A DNA stretch of 64,000 nucleotides from Butyricicoccus sp. (GTDB taxonomy: Bacteria; Bacillota; Clostridia; Oscillospirales; Butyricicoccaceae), in NCBI GenBank assembly GCA_963931655.1, contig OZ007036.1:319783-383782 (forward strand), given 5' to 3'. A program made the position numbers and the translations under genes. The notes below the pieces were generated by a model. That model was not told the origin of the DNA, searched no databases, and saw only the letters and a program-made list of their open reading frames with translations. Positions 43,088 to 53,334 of this stretch are shown one piece after another. Within the stretch, counting starts at the first letter, position 1; each line of letters starts with the position of its first letter.

Positions 43088-43288
43088 ATGGGTATAAAGA
43101 AAGATAAAACACCATATATCTTTAAAGAGGAAGTGGTGCCATTGAGTGTTAAACTTAGTAAGAGTGAAAGAGGGATGTTAATACATAGGATAAAATTAGG
43201 TATATATAGGGATTTGCATAGAAAAAATCTTTTGACAGATTATGAATACCAGACTTTAGTTGAAAATGAGAGGAAAAGAAGAATGTAA
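43088..43288 (+). CDS. Small basic protein upstream of recombinase (candidate directionality factor)
   Basis: AGGAGGG RBS; 66 aa with a SHOCT-like C-terminus (LHRKNLLTDYEY). The RDF role is inferred from position only. Confidence 0.55.
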   Translation: MGIKKDKTPYIFKEEVVPLSVKLSKSERGMLIHRIKLGIYRDLHRKNLLTDYEYQTLVENERKRRM

Positions 43289-43332
43289 TGTGGTATACTG
43301 ATAATACTAACTAAAATAGGGAGATTAGTAGT

Positions 43333-44931
43333 ATGAAAAAAGTTGCTGCATACGCACGTGTAAGTACAGATAAGGATGACCAAGCAAATTCGTTTGAATC
43401 ACAGATTAAATATTTTAAGGATTACATAAATAGAGAAGCTGGTTGGGAGTTAGTTAAAATCTATTCTGATGAGGGATTGTCGGGTACTCAAACGACAAAG
43501 CGTCAAGGTTTCAATGAGATGATAAATGATGCGTTAGCGGGTAAAATAGATATTATAATAACAAAGGAAGTTTCTCGTTTTGCACGTAATGTACTTGATT
43601 CAATTAAGTATACAAGAAAACTTAAAGAAAACGGTGTTTCTGTTCGTTTTGTACTTGATGGTATTGATACTGAACAGGTAGACGCTGAGTTGAGATTGAC
43701 TATAATGTCAGCATTAGCACAAGAGGAAAGCCGTAAAACGTCTGAGCGTGTTAAATGGGGTCAAAAGCGTCAGATGGAGAAGGGCGTTGTTTTTGGACGT
43801 TCATTACTTGGTTATAAAGTTGAAAATGGCAAATTGTATTTAGTAGAAGAAGAAGCGGAAATTGTGCGGTTAATATTTCACAAGTATCTAGTTGAGGGAA
43901 AAGGAACTCATATTATCGCTCGTGAGCTAAAAGAAGCGGGTATTGAGCCTTACAATCCTAATGGTCATAAAAAGTTTAAAAACAGTTGGTCAAATACAGT
44001 AATTTTAAGGATTTTGAGAAACGAAAAATACGTCGGTGATTTATGTCAAAAAAAGACATTTACACAAAATTATCTCGACCACAAAAAGCGTTATAATCGT
44101 GGCGAAGAAGATATGGTGTATATAAAAGACCATCACCCAGAAATAGCAATTATAGACCGAACAACTTGGAACGAAACTCAAAAAGAATTACAGCGTAGAA
44201 GTCCATCAGCGGAGCAAAAGTTAAAGCATAGTAACAGGTATTGGGCAAGTGGTAAGATTTTTTGCGGCGAGTGCGGTCAGAGTTTCATAGGAAGAAGGAA
44301 AAAAACTTCATCTGGTTACACAAAGGCTTGGGCTTGCAGTACACATGCTCATGCTACAGGTTTTAGAAAAACTGAATGCAGTATGAGTGAGTGGGCAAGC
44401 GATAAAAGTTTGAAAACATGTGTATTATATGCTTTAAATCTGTTAATTGATGATAAAGATGCTATTTTGAAAGAGATTAGGCGTGAAATATTGGGTATAC
44501 AAAACAAAACTCAAAATAAATCAGATGATATAGAGAATAAAATTGAAATATTAGAGAATAAAAAAGTTAAGTTAATAGATTTAAGGTTAGCGGGTGAAAT
44601 AACTTCTGATGAGTTAAAAATTCAAAAAGAACATATAGATAATGAGATTGATGAACTTAAAGATAGACTTAATAATAATAACAATAGGTCTGGTGTATTG
44701 CAGTTAAACCGAATTCAAGCAATTTTTTCTGAGATTGATAAAATACTAAGTTTTGACTATCAAGATGTGGATTCAGTTTTGGGTACTATTCTTGAAAAAA
44801 TTATAGTATATGAAGGACATAAACTAGAAATATACTTAAAAGATATACCTTTTGTGTTTGAGATTGTATACAAGTCAACGGGACGACTTGAAACTTATCG
44901 AACAGAAATATTAAGTTGTGAAATAATATGA
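43333..44931 (+). CDS. Large serine recombinase of element 1
   Basis: AYARVSTD catalytic motif, TKEVSRFAR, recombinase domain, CGECG...C...C zinc ribbon, coiled coil. Confidence 0.95.
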   Translation: MKKVAAYARVSTDKDDQANSFESQIKYFKDYINREAGWELVKIYSDEGLSGTQTTKRQGFNEMINDALAGKIDIIITKEVSRFARNVLDSIKYTRKLKENGVSVRFVLDGIDTEQVDAELRLTIMSALAQEESRKTSERVKWGQKRQMEKGVVFGRSLLGYKVENGKLYLVEEEAEIVRLIFHKYLVEGKGTHIIARELKEAGIEPYNPNGHKKFKNSWSNTVILRILRNEKYVGDLCQKKTFTQNYLDHKKRYNRGEEDMVYIKDHHPEIAIIDRTTWNETQKELQRRSPSAEQKLKHSNRYWASGKIFCGECGQSFIGRRKKTSSGYTKAWACSTHAHATGFRKTECSMSEWASDKSLKTCVLYALNLLIDDKDAILKEIRREILGIQNKTQNKSDDIENKIEILENKKVKLIDLRLAGEITSDELKIQKEHIDNEIDELKDRLNNNNNRSGVLQLNRIQAIFSEIDKILSFDYQDVDSVLGTILEKIIVYEGHKLEIYLKDIPFVFEIVYKSTGRLETYRTEILSCEII

Positions 44932-44936
44932 TTTAA

Positions 44937-44977
44937 GAGTAATAATGGCTAAATTATGCTATTATTACTCTTTTTTT
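44937..44977 (+). terminator. Rho-independent terminator after recombinase 1
   Basis: gagtaataatggc / gctattattactc followed by a T-run. Confidence 0.75.
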
Positions 44978-45001
44978 ATTCGTATTTTGATTTTTGTTAT
45001 A

Positions 45002-45030
45002 AAGGTGCATTATAGATACTTATATAGGTA
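45002..45030 (+). other. attR of element 1
   Basis: Arm aaggtgcattatagatact (45002-45020) plus core ATATAGGTA (45022-45030). Confidence 0.88.
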
Positions 45031-45250
45031 CAGAAGAATTAGCTCATCAAGAAATGATAGCAGCTATTGTATATCAGTTAACTAGAAATTTAACTCCAGA
45101 ACAAATTAAACGAGATGGTTTTGATGCATATTTTGTAGACCATACAACAGGTATATTCCCACAATCAGCTTCTGGTTTGCCATTTAGTACCGCTGCAATA
45201 CAGTGTAAAGGTGATGCTATTACTGATTTGTTTGAGGACTTAGCAGCAGA
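45031..45250 (+). CDS. cotJC: cotJC segment 2, aa 63-136
   Basis: TEELAHQEMIAAIVYQLTRNL...YFVDHTTGIFPQSASG...KGDAITDLFEDLAA; has no promoter or RBS of its own. Confidence 0.93.
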
Positions 45251-45275
45251 TGCTATAGTTTTATAAGAACAAATT
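45243..45275 (+). other. attL of element 2
   Basis: Core GCAGCAGA (45243-45250); arm tataagaacaaatt (45262-45275) is the perfect inverse of 59592-59605. Confidence 0.85.
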
Positions 45276-45293
45276 AAATATATTAAAAGTCTA

Positions 45294-45343
45294 TTGACAA
45301 ATAACGTCTACAAGTGTAAACTATAAATGTCTACAAAGGTAGA
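45294..45343 (+). promoter_or_regulatory. Sigma-A promoter with BlaI-type operators
   Basis: TTGACA(45294)-17bp-TAAACT; TACA-AG-TGTA (45309-45318) and tcTACA-AA-GGTAga (45330-45343). Confidence 0.7.
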
Positions 45344-45368
45344 ATAAATAATTGGAGATGTATAACGA

Positions 45369-45737
45369 GTGTGTATGGATATTAGTATAGGAAAAGCAGA
45401 GCTTGAAATAATGAAAGTTCTGTGGAAGTCAAAAAAGCCACTTAGTTCAGCAGAAATTGGAAAGGCGGTTGAAAATCATGATTGGAAGCGTACAACTATA
45501 GCTACATTTTTAGCAAGATTATTAGACAAAGGTGCAATATCAGCTGAACAACAAGGAAAATCATTATATTATACTCCAATAATTACAGCAAAGGAATATA
45601 AAAAATCGCAGGTTAAAAATTTAATTAAAAATGTTTTTGATGGTTCATCACAAGATTTAGTAGCATCTCTTTTTGAAGAAAAAGCGTTAACAGATGAAGA
45701 CATAGAGGAGTTGAAATCTATTTTTAAGGGGTTTTAA
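45369..45737 (+). CDS. BlaI/MecI/CopY family repressor
   Basis: AELEIMKVLW, WKRTTIATFLARLLDKG. Confidence 0.92.
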   Translation: MCMDISIGKAELEIMKVLWKSKKPLSSAEIGKAVENHDWKRTTIATFLARLLDKGAISAEQQGKSLYYTPIITAKEYKKSQVKNLIKNVFDGSSQDLVASLFEEKALTDEDIEELKSIFKGF

Positions 45738-45740
45738 TAT

Positions 45741-47435
45741 ATGTTAAATGATATATTTAAATCTGTTTTAATATCAACATTTTCAGGTTCAGTTTTAGTT
45801 TTGGTAATAATGCTATTAAAACCAATTACAAGAAGAATTTTCGGGTATAAATGGAATTATTATATATGGCTTATTGTGCTTTTAGTTATGATTTTTCCAT
45901 TTAGTGTAAAGCAATATAAAGAGTTTGATATTTCACTAGAAAAAACGGGTGAGGTTTTAATTAATGAGATAGATGTTAAGCCAAATAATTACAATATTAT
46001 ACAGCAAAATAATATACAAAACACTACAGATAAAAATGTTAAAGTTAATAATACTGATATTATTCAAACAGTATGGATTTTAGGTGTTTTTATAACATTA
46101 CTTATAAATATTATTTCTTATCTGAAAATGCTTATAAAAATAAAAAAATATTCGGTTTTAATATCATTACCTGAGATAAAAAGATATACAAAACGAAAAC
46201 TTTCAGTAAGAGTGTGTCAGAATATATCTTCACCATTTATAATAGATATATTTAATCCTATATTGGTGTTACCAGATATAGAATTCACAAATATACAATT
46301 AGATAATATTTTAAGGCATGAAATAACACATTTAAAAAGAAATGATATTATTTATAAATGGTTTTCTGTATTTGTAAGATGTATACACTGGTTTAATCCA
46401 TTTGCGTACTACATATCAAAACAAATAAATATAGAATGTGAAATTTCATGTGATTTATCTGTTGTAGAACATATGAATAAAGCTGAAAAAATAGATTATG
46501 TAAATACAATTATTGATATTGTAAGTATAAATAACAAAAGTAGAAATCTTCCTGTATTAAAGATGATTGAAAGTAAAAAAATGCTGGAAAGGAGATTTAT
46601 TATGATTAAGAACAATAAAAAGACAAGTAAAATAATGTCTATAATATCTTTTTTAATGTCCATTATAATTTTATCATCAACAGCATTTGCAAATGGCATT
46701 TTGTCAGGAATAATTAAAGATGAATATGCAGCTTTAGTCACAAATAATGGACAAACTATGGAGTTTAAAAATCAACCATTTATAAAAAATGGTGAGTTAT
46801 ATGTGCCACTTCGTGAAACTCTTGAAAATTTGAATTTTATGGATAATGAGGAAAGCTCAATAACATGGGAAAGTGGTAATATAAAAATAGTTCTTGCTGA
46901 AAAGTCACAAGACACAATAATTCTTTATCATTATAAAATAACTATAGAAAAAGCAGAAATAATCGAAAATGCGACATATAGCCTTTCAGGACAAGATATG
47001 TCAATGATAATATATATGACAAATGCACCTATACTCAAAAATTCGGTTACATATGTTCCATATGAATATATAAGACATATGGCATCAAATATAGTAGGTC
47101 AAAGTTATGTAAATAATGAACTAGGGTTTGCAATGGTAATCCCAAAGGATTGGAATTGTAGTATAGTAGATAATCCTTATTCATCAGAAGGTGTTATAAT
47201 AGAAACATCTTGGGGCGGAATAGTGTGTTTTATATTTAGAGAGACTTTAGAAGATTGGGAAAAATATAAAAATGAAAGTCCAGTTGAGCAAATAGTGTTA
47301 GCACAAAACGATAAGTATGTATATAAAATGATTATGGCAAGCGATGTTCAGTATGATATTCAAAACAAGGAACAAGTTGAAAAATATAATTATATTAGGA
47401 GCAATATAGATAAGCTTAAAATAGAATTGTTATAA
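45741..47435 (+). CDS. M56 (BlaR1-like) metallopeptidase sensor
   Basis: HEITH zinc motif, IHWFNP, ECEISCD; C-terminal extracellular region includes a PFIKNGELYVPLR copper-amine-oxidase-N-like segment. Confidence 0.88.
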   Translation: MLNDIFKSVLISTFSGSVLVLVIMLLKPITRRIFGYKWNYYIWLIVLLVMIFPFSVKQYKEFDISLEKTGEVLINEIDVKPNNYNIIQQNNIQNTTDKNVKVNNTDIIQTVWILGVFITLLINIISYLKMLIKIKKYSVLISLPEIKRYTKRKLSVRVCQNISSPFIIDIFNPILVLPDIEFTNIQLDNILRHEITHLKRNDIIYKWFSVFVRCIHWFNPFAYYISKQINIECEISCDLSVVEHMNKAEKIDYVNTIIDIVSINNKSRNLPVLKMIESKKMLERRFIMIKNNKKTSKIMSIISFLMSIIILSSTAFANGILSGIIKDEYAALVTNNGQTMEFKNQPFIKNGELYVPLRETLENLNFMDNEESSITWESGNIKIVLAEKSQDTIILYHYKITIEKAEIIENATYSLSGQDMSMIIYMTNAPILKNSVTYVPYEYIRHMASNIVGQSYVNNELGFAMVIPKDWNCSIVDNPYSSEGVIIETSWGGIVCFIFRETLEDWEKYKNESPVEQIVLAQNDKYVYKMIMASDVQYDIQNKEQVEKYNYIRSNIDKLKIELL

Positions 47436-47441
47436 AAAAAC

Positions 47442-47468
47442 AAACGGCAACATTTTTTGTTGCCGTTT
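47442..47468. terminator. Bidirectional terminator
   Basis: aaacggcaaca / tgttgccgttt. Confidence 0.75.
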
Positions 47469-47488
47469 ATTTTATACGAAAAATTACA

Positions 47489-49165
47489 TTATCTTAGTTT
47501 AAATTGAGATACAAGTTCTTTTAAGCGACCTGCTTGTTCACCTAAATCAACACTTGCAGCAGCACTTTCTTCTGAAGTTGCTGAATTAGTTTGAACAACA
47601 ACAGAAATTTGATTTATGCCTTCACTTATTTGTGAAATTGCTTCAGATTGTTCCTTAACACTGCAAGAAATATCACCCATAAGTTTATCACTTCTTTGAA
47701 TACCTTCTACTACATTAGCCAAAGCATCTGCTGTTTGAGAGGCGATATTAACACCCTTATCGACCGCGTGTGACGAAATTTCAATAATCTGTGAAGTTTG
47801 CTGGCTTGCTTGGGCACTTTTACTAGCCAAATTTCTAACCTCATCAGCAACAACAGCAAAGCCTTTACCAGCAGCACCAGCTCTTGCGGCTTCAACCGCT
47901 GCATTAAGTGCAAGAATATTTGTTTGGAATGCTATATCTTCAATAGTTTTTATAATAGCCACGATTTTTTTAGAAGCCTCTCTAATTTCGTTCATAGCAT
48001 CTGTCATCTCGTTCATCATTTCATTACACTTATAAACTTCCATATTGGAATTATCAATTTCATTCATAGCTTCTTGAACAGATGTCTCAGTTCCCTTAAT
48101 TTGATTAGAAACATCATTAATTGTTGCAGCAAGTTCTTGTACAACAGAAGCTTGTTCTGTAGAGCCTTGAGCTAGTGCCTGAGCACCATTTGCAACTTGA
48201 GATGCATTTGAATTAACTTGTTGTGCTGAATCATCAATGCTATATAAAGTGCTATTAAGAGAAGATATAATATTTTCAAGTGCATTTTTGATTTCGGAAA
48301 ACTCACCAACATATTGTAATGTAACTTTTTGAGTAAGGTTACCCTTTGATATTTCAGATAATTTATCTTTTATATCAACTATGTATGAAGACAATGCCTT
48401 TCTAGTAGTTTGCATGGAACTAATTAACATACCAAGTTCAGATGTATCAGCTTGTAGTTCTGATTGTGTTGTCAAATTACCTTTAGACATTTCAAGCATT
48501 TCTTTTTGTATCTTATTTATTGGGTTTATAATACGTTTACGAGTTAGTACTATACCAAAAATTTGAGAAACAATAGTACCTATACATACAATAATAGCCA
48601 AAACTTTTAAAACTGAGCTCATAGCCATTCTTGAATTGATTTCGTTTTCAGTTCTAGTTTGAAGATTTTCTAAAAGTTGGTCTTGTAATGCATGAATTTT
48701 AGATAATGTATTAGAATAATCATTTCCATAAACATAACTTATTGCTGATGCGTTATTACCAACACTAACTTCTTCCATAGCACTTGTTTCTAATGGTACA
48801 AGCTCATTAGATAAATTAGACATTTCAGTTATTATTGCTAATTCATCGTCTGTAATTCCAATATCCTCCATAGCTTGAACACTTTTTTCACGATTTTTAT
48901 CAGTGTTCACTTCTTGCATATATTCGTTATAATAAGTTTGGTTTCCTGTAACAGCATATGCTCTAACTTTTTCAGTTAATAATGCAGACGCATCAATAAA
49001 CTGTTGAGCATAGTTGTTCAAAAAAAGCTGATTTTGAGCACTAGTCAAAGTTAGCTCATGAAAAGTTATAACCATAGTAAAAAAGATTATTACTAATACT
49101 GCAAATGTAATAGTTATACCATTTAAAATGCTTGTTAAAGTAGATTGTTTTATTGCTCGTTTCAT
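47489..49165 (-). CDS. Methyl-accepting chemotaxis protein
   Basis: Two TMs, HAMP domain, [37 protein letters not shown]. Confidence 0.95.
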   Translation of the reverse strand: MKRAIKQSTLTSILNGITITFAVLVIIFFTMVITFHELTLTSAQNQLFLNNYAQQFIDASALLTEKVRAYAVTGNQTYYNEYMQEVNTDKNREKSVQAMEDIGITDDELAIITEMSNLSNELVPLETSAMEEVSVGNNASAISYVYGNDYSNTLSKIHALQDQLLENLQTRTENEINSRMAMSSVLKVLAIIVCIGTIVSQIFGIVLTRKRIINPINKIQKEMLEMSKGNLTTQSELQADTSELGMLISSMQTTRKALSSYIVDIKDKLSEISKGNLTQKVTLQYVGEFSEIKNALENIISSLNSTLYSIDDSAQQVNSNASQVANGAQALAQGSTEQASVVQELAATINDVSNQIKGTETSVQEAMNEIDNSNMEVYKCNEMMNEMTDAMNEIREASKKIVAIIKTIEDIAFQTNILALNAAVEAARAGAAGKGFAVVADEVRNLASKSAQASQQTSQIIEISSHAVDKGVNIASQTADALANVVEGIQRSDKLMGDISCSVKEQSEAISQISEGINQISVVVQTNSATSEESAAASVDLGEQAGRLKELVSQFKLR

Positions 49166-49365
49166 AATCTTTTTCCTTTCACACTTTATAAATAAAGACA
49201 AGAAATATAAAGCTTAAAAATATATTTACGTTAACAAAATTTTAACATTTTAAACAATATATTGTCAAGCGAATAAATATATTCAGTCAACTATGTTAAA
49301 AAATGTAAAAATAATTTTTATTGCAATAAAAAATGACAACAAATATTGCTGTCATTTTTAAATGT

Positions 49366-49894
49366 TTAATATTCTATTAAAGGCATAAGTTGATTTTTAC
49401 AAATCCAATCAAGATTATATTTATATCTAGCCATAGTTTTAGCATTTAAGCATTTGTCTTCTCTCATTAGATTTACTATTATATTGCTATGTTCTTCATA
49501 ATAAGCTTTTTCTGATGGCTATATTATGCACTAAATGCCAACCTTGATATAAAATATCATGCATTATACATACATCTACATCTTTTAGATATTTTATATA
49601 ATCATTAGCGATTACATCAGCTTCTTGAAAGAAAGTGTCATGTACTTTACCATTTGGGGAGGAGTAATCATACCACTGTATATTTTTACCATTGAGAGTG
49701 TTGGTTATTTTAACCCATTCAATTCTTTTATCACTAAAAACACCAAATCTATCACTATCTGGACAGTTTTCACTTACTAAAACTTTAATATTAACATTTT
49801 CGTTAAGTAACATTTTTATTTGGTCAGCAACTACATTTACAAGTGAATATATAGTTGATAGACCATTAAACATTGTTAAAATTGCAATATTCAT
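49366..49894 (-). pseudogene. Glycosyltransferase remnant with large internal deletion
   Basis: The GT4-like N-terminus (YSLVNVVADQ...MHDILYQGWHLVHNIAIRK) joins out of frame to a C-terminal tail (...AKTMARYKYNLDWICKNQLMPLIEY*). The family call is from recollection. Confidence 0.6.
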
Positions 49895-49922
49895 ATTTAG
49901 ATAACCTACTTTCTTATTAAAA

Positions 49923-49955
49923 TTTTGGCGTAACCAATAAAAGGTTACGCCAAAA
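49923..49955 (-). terminator. Hairpin terminator
   Basis: ttttggcgtaacc / ggttacgccaaaa. Confidence 0.65.
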
Positions 49956-49961
49956 CTAGCG

Positions 49962-50264
49962 TTATTTTAATTTCTTACAATCACAAGAACATTCTTTAAA
50001 TAAATCTATTTTATCCTTGAGTATCATTTCAAGATTAGAAATGGAGTTTACCATGGCTTCAACAGATTTGTTAGTTTCTAGTAATATTTCAGCAGTTGCA
50101 TTTTCCATAGCAACCACTCTTTGAATTTTCTCGCCTTCAGCATTTAGAATGTGAGAAAGTGCGGTTTCCTCAAGTGCAACAGATTGAATAATGTCAGTAA
50201 TAGTCTGACTTCTAGTTGTTGTGCTTGATGTGATAACTGGCATTCCCATAATTACTTCAGCCAC
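49962..50264 (-). CDS. Small spore-surface-associated protein (SVALEETALSHILNAEGEKIQ family)
   Basis: I recall this motif in small Bacillota proteins near collagen-like/exosporium genes. A CATAGTAT sporulation-type -10 element lies upstream. Confidence 0.55.
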   Translation of the reverse strand: MAEVIMGMPVITSSTTTRSQTITDIIQSVALEETALSHILNAEGEKIQRVVAMENATAEILLETNKSVEAMVNSISNLEMILKDKIDLFKECSCDCKKLK

Positions 50265-50343
50265 TTAATTTATATTGATTGAGCTTTCGCTCGATAATAT
50301 ACTATGCAAGCTGAGATATAAAGTTGACTAAATTTTTGAAAAT

Positions 50344-51060
50344 TTAAGGTATAAGTCCTAATTGTCTAGCTCTGCGTTTTACAGCATTTTCATTTCTTTT
50401 TAGATAAAGACATATTTCTTTCATAGGTGTATTTTGGTTTATAGCATTTATTAGATATTTTTCATGTTCAAGTTTCCAAGATTGTCCTTGTAATGAAAAG
50501 CTACTTTTATTAAAATCAAGCATAGCATTTATATTATCAACTATAAAATGTTGAGCTTCATTGTTATATACAACGACATGATATATACGATATGGGTTAC
50601 TTCTTTCCTCTACACTAATACCCATGTCAATGCCAATTTTTGTAGGGCGTTTTCTTATATTACCATCTTCATTTATTATTTCTTCAAGCAAACCTAAAGA
50701 AATTAACCAAATATTAAAATGTCTTGCTTGAAGTTTTATCATATTTTCGCTTTCTCTTAATACATTAAGTCTATATGCTATTTCACTGATAGATATTGGT
50801 GAGCTAGAAAAATCAAAATGAGCTTTTTTGTTTTCAGAAATTGAAAAAGGGATTTTCTTTTCTTTCTTTTTGTTGTTTTTAGTTCCACCATTATCAATGA
50901 CATTTTGTAATATATCTCCAACAAAATAAAGACATCTTGAAATTCTAACATTATTTATTATATCATTGTCGTTTATGGTTTGACCATTTAGAGGATTTAT
51001 TCCTTTTGCTAAGTAATCAATATACATTTTAGCTCTTTTAATAGTTTCAAGTTCAGTCAT
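50344..51060 (-). CDS. Hypothetical protein
   Basis: 238-aa ORF; N-terminal YIDYLAKGINPLNG segment and C-terminal HTH-like tail. Confidence 0.65.
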   Translation of the reverse strand: MTELETIKRAKMYIDYLAKGINPLNGQTINDNDIINNVRISRCLYFVGDILQNVIDNGGTKNNKKKEKKIPFSISENKKAHFDFSSSPISISEIAYRLNVLRESENMIKLQARHFNIWLISLGLLEEIINEDGNIRKRPTKIGIDMGISVEERSNPYRIYHVVVYNNEAQHFIVDNINAMLDFNKSSFSLQGQSWKLEHEKYLINAINQNTPMKEICLYLKRNENAVKRRARQLGLIP

Positions 51061-51185
51061 ATCAAATTCACCCCAATCATTTACAATATTATATCAATTT
51101 GTAAAAAGCATATCAATTAGAAATATATTTATAAAAATATTTTTTAGTGTATAATGGTAGTAATAATGATAGGGAAGTGTTAATT

Positions 51186-51941
51186 ATGATTTTTTATTTT
51201 AGTGGCACAGGTAATAGTAAATATTGTGCAGATATGCTTGCGGATAAATTAGAGGATATAGTGATAAATACAGCCGATTATATAAAAAAAGATGGTAAAT
51301 TTAATTCAGATAAACCTTTAATATTTGTTTGTCCAACATATGCATGGAAAATTCCAAAAGTATTTGCTGATTTTATAAAAAAATCAAACTTTTCAGGCGA
51401 TAATAATGCATATTTTATTATGACTTGTGGTGGAGAAACAGGTAATGCAAAAAAAGAAATTACAGATTTATGTATGCAAAAAGGGTTTATATATAGAGGT
51501 TTATTACCTATAGTTATGCCAGATAATTATATAGTGTTATTTCCAGCACCAAAAGAAGAACAAATATCGCAAATGATTGAAAAGTCTCATAAAAAGATAA
51601 ATGATAACATAAATATAATAAAAAAGCTTGGTAATTTTAAACGTTTAAATACTAACGCTTTTGATAATTTAAAATCTGGTGCAATAAATACAGGAATGTA
51701 TAAATTTTTTATTAAAACGAAGAAATTTAAGGTGGAAAATACTTGTATATCATGTGGCAAATGTGAAAAAGTTTGTCCACTTAATAATATCAAGCTTATA
51801 AATAATAAACCAGTATGGGGTAATGACTGTACACATTGTATGGCATGTATATCATATTGCCCAGTAAGTGCTATTGATTATGGAAAAGCTACAAAGGGAA
51901 AAAGAAGATATACATGCTGTGAATATAAAAAAGAAAGGTAG
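51186..51941 (+). CDS. EFR1 family flavodoxin-ferredoxin fusion
   Basis: YFSGTGNS; two 4Fe-4S motifs CISCGKCEKVCP and CTHCMACISYCP. Confidence 0.9.
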   Translation: MIFYFSGTGNSKYCADMLADKLEDIVINTADYIKKDGKFNSDKPLIFVCPTYAWKIPKVFADFIKKSNFSGDNNAYFIMTCGGETGNAKKEITDLCMQKGFIYRGLLPIVMPDNYIVLFPAPKEEQISQMIEKSHKKINDNINIIKKLGNFKRLNTNAFDNLKSGAINTGMYKFFIKTKKFKVENTCISCGKCEKVCPLNNIKLINNKPVWGNDCTHCMACISYCPVSAIDYGKATKGKRRYTCCEYKKER

Positions 51942-51946
51942 AAAAA

Positions 51947-52720
51947 ATGTTAAATTATATAAAGGAAAGAATATATAAAAATCCATTACAAGTAGAATTA
52001 AATAAAATAGAAAAAATAGAAAATAAAATAATAAAAGAGCGAATTAATTATAAACCAAAAAATTTTAATATACCCGAAAAAGTAAATGATACTCTTAAAA
52101 AGGCATTTAATACAGCTTTTGACATTGTTTTTAGCAAAGGTACAAGTATAATAGAAAAAACATATGATAAATCTGAAAAAGAAAAGGATTTTTTGATAAG
52201 AGATTTTATATTTAATAACAATCCAAATAAAAAAGAAATCAAAAAGTTAAAAACTAAAAATATAAACAATATAGTATTAAGTACAGCAGAGGGCGTTGGA
52301 CTTGGTTTACTTGGTATAGGTTTACCAGATATAGTTTTGTTTGTAGGAATGATTTTAAAAGGTGTATATGAGATATCTATAAAATATGGTATAGATTATA
52401 ATTTGCCTGAAGAAAGAATGTTTATTTTAAAACTTTTACAAGCATCTATGCAAAAAGGAGAGGAATTTGTAAATGTAGATAATCAATTAAATGATATTAT
52501 AAAAAATGATTTTATAGAGAGTGATGAAGATATAAAAAATCAAATAACAAAAACATCAAATGTATTTGCAGATGAAATGTTAATTATGAAGTTTATACAA
52601 GGTTTACCTATTATAGGTATTATAGGAGGGCTTTCAAATCCAGTATATTATAATAAAATAATTAGTTTTGTTGAGTTAAAGTATAGGAAGAGATACTTAT
52701 ATAAAAAATTACATCATTAA
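51947..52720 (+). CDS. EcsC family protein
   Basis: EGVGLGLLGIGLPDI, KFIQGLPIIGIIGG. Confidence 0.7.
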   Translation: MLNYIKERIYKNPLQVELNKIEKIENKIIKERINYKPKNFNIPEKVNDTLKKAFNTAFDIVFSKGTSIIEKTYDKSEKEKDFLIRDFIFNNNPNKKEIKKLKTKNINNIVLSTAEGVGLGLLGIGLPDIVLFVGMILKGVYEISIKYGIDYNLPEERMFILKLLQASMQKGEEFVNVDNQLNDIIKNDFIESDEDIKNQITKTSNVFADEMLIMKFIQGLPIIGIIGGLSNPVYYNKIISFVELKYRKRYLYKKLHH

Positions 52721-52762
52721 ATTTATCTTTTTACCTCTTGCTATAAGGAGAGTTTAGCGATT

Positions 52763-53332
52763 ATGAAAAACAAGATTATCATCATATTGATAGTTTTAGT
52801 TAGCATTTTAATATTTGCAGGGGGTAAAAATTATATTTTAAACGATAGTAAAACCGTAGAAATAGGGTTTGAAAATATTGGTGAGCTTGTAACACAATCG
52901 GTATATTGTACAGAAGTAAATGTTATAGAGGCTTCAAGAGAATTATGGGGTATTGAAATACCATTTACGCAAAGCAAGTATATTTATAGCTATGATGTTA
53001 TAATAAAAGCGGGTTATGATTTTGAAGATATAAAATGGAGTGTCAAAGATAATGTTATAACGGTTATATTGCCAGAGGTTAAAATTTTAAGCAATGAAAT
53101 AGTTGATGGTTCATTTAAGGTGTATCATGAGCAAGAAAGTATATTTAGACCTATTTCCTTAGCAGAGAATAATAAAGCTCAAGAAAATTTAAAAGAAAAT
53201 GCAAAACAAAGTGCAATAGATAACGGTTTGTATGAAAATGCAACAGAAAATGCAAAAACAATACTTAAAAGCTTTTTTTCAAATGCATATGATTTAAAAG
53301 AATATGAAATTAAATTCAAAAAACAGCAGTAA
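52763..53332 (+). CDS. DUF4230 domain protein
   Basis: N-terminal TM, IGELVT, IKAGYDF, VILPEVKILSNEI. Confidence 0.75.
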   Translation: MKNKIIIILIVLVSILIFAGGKNYILNDSKTVEIGFENIGELVTQSVYCTEVNVIEASRELWGIEIPFTQSKYIYSYDVIIKAGYDFEDIKWSVKDNVITVILPEVKILSNEIVDGSFKVYHEQESIFRPISLAENNKAQENLKENAKQSAIDNGLYENATENAKTILKSFFSNAYDLKEYEIKFKKQQ

Positions 53333-53334
53333 AA

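Larger units (their letters stand above)
28084..45030. mobile_element. Element 1: 16,938-bp serine-recombinase element inserted in cotJC
   Basis: 9-bp direct repeat at 28084-28092 and 45022-45030, 19-bp inverted arms (1 mismatch), large serine recombinase at the right end. Excision restores DIG-TEELAH in frame. Confidence 0.9.
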
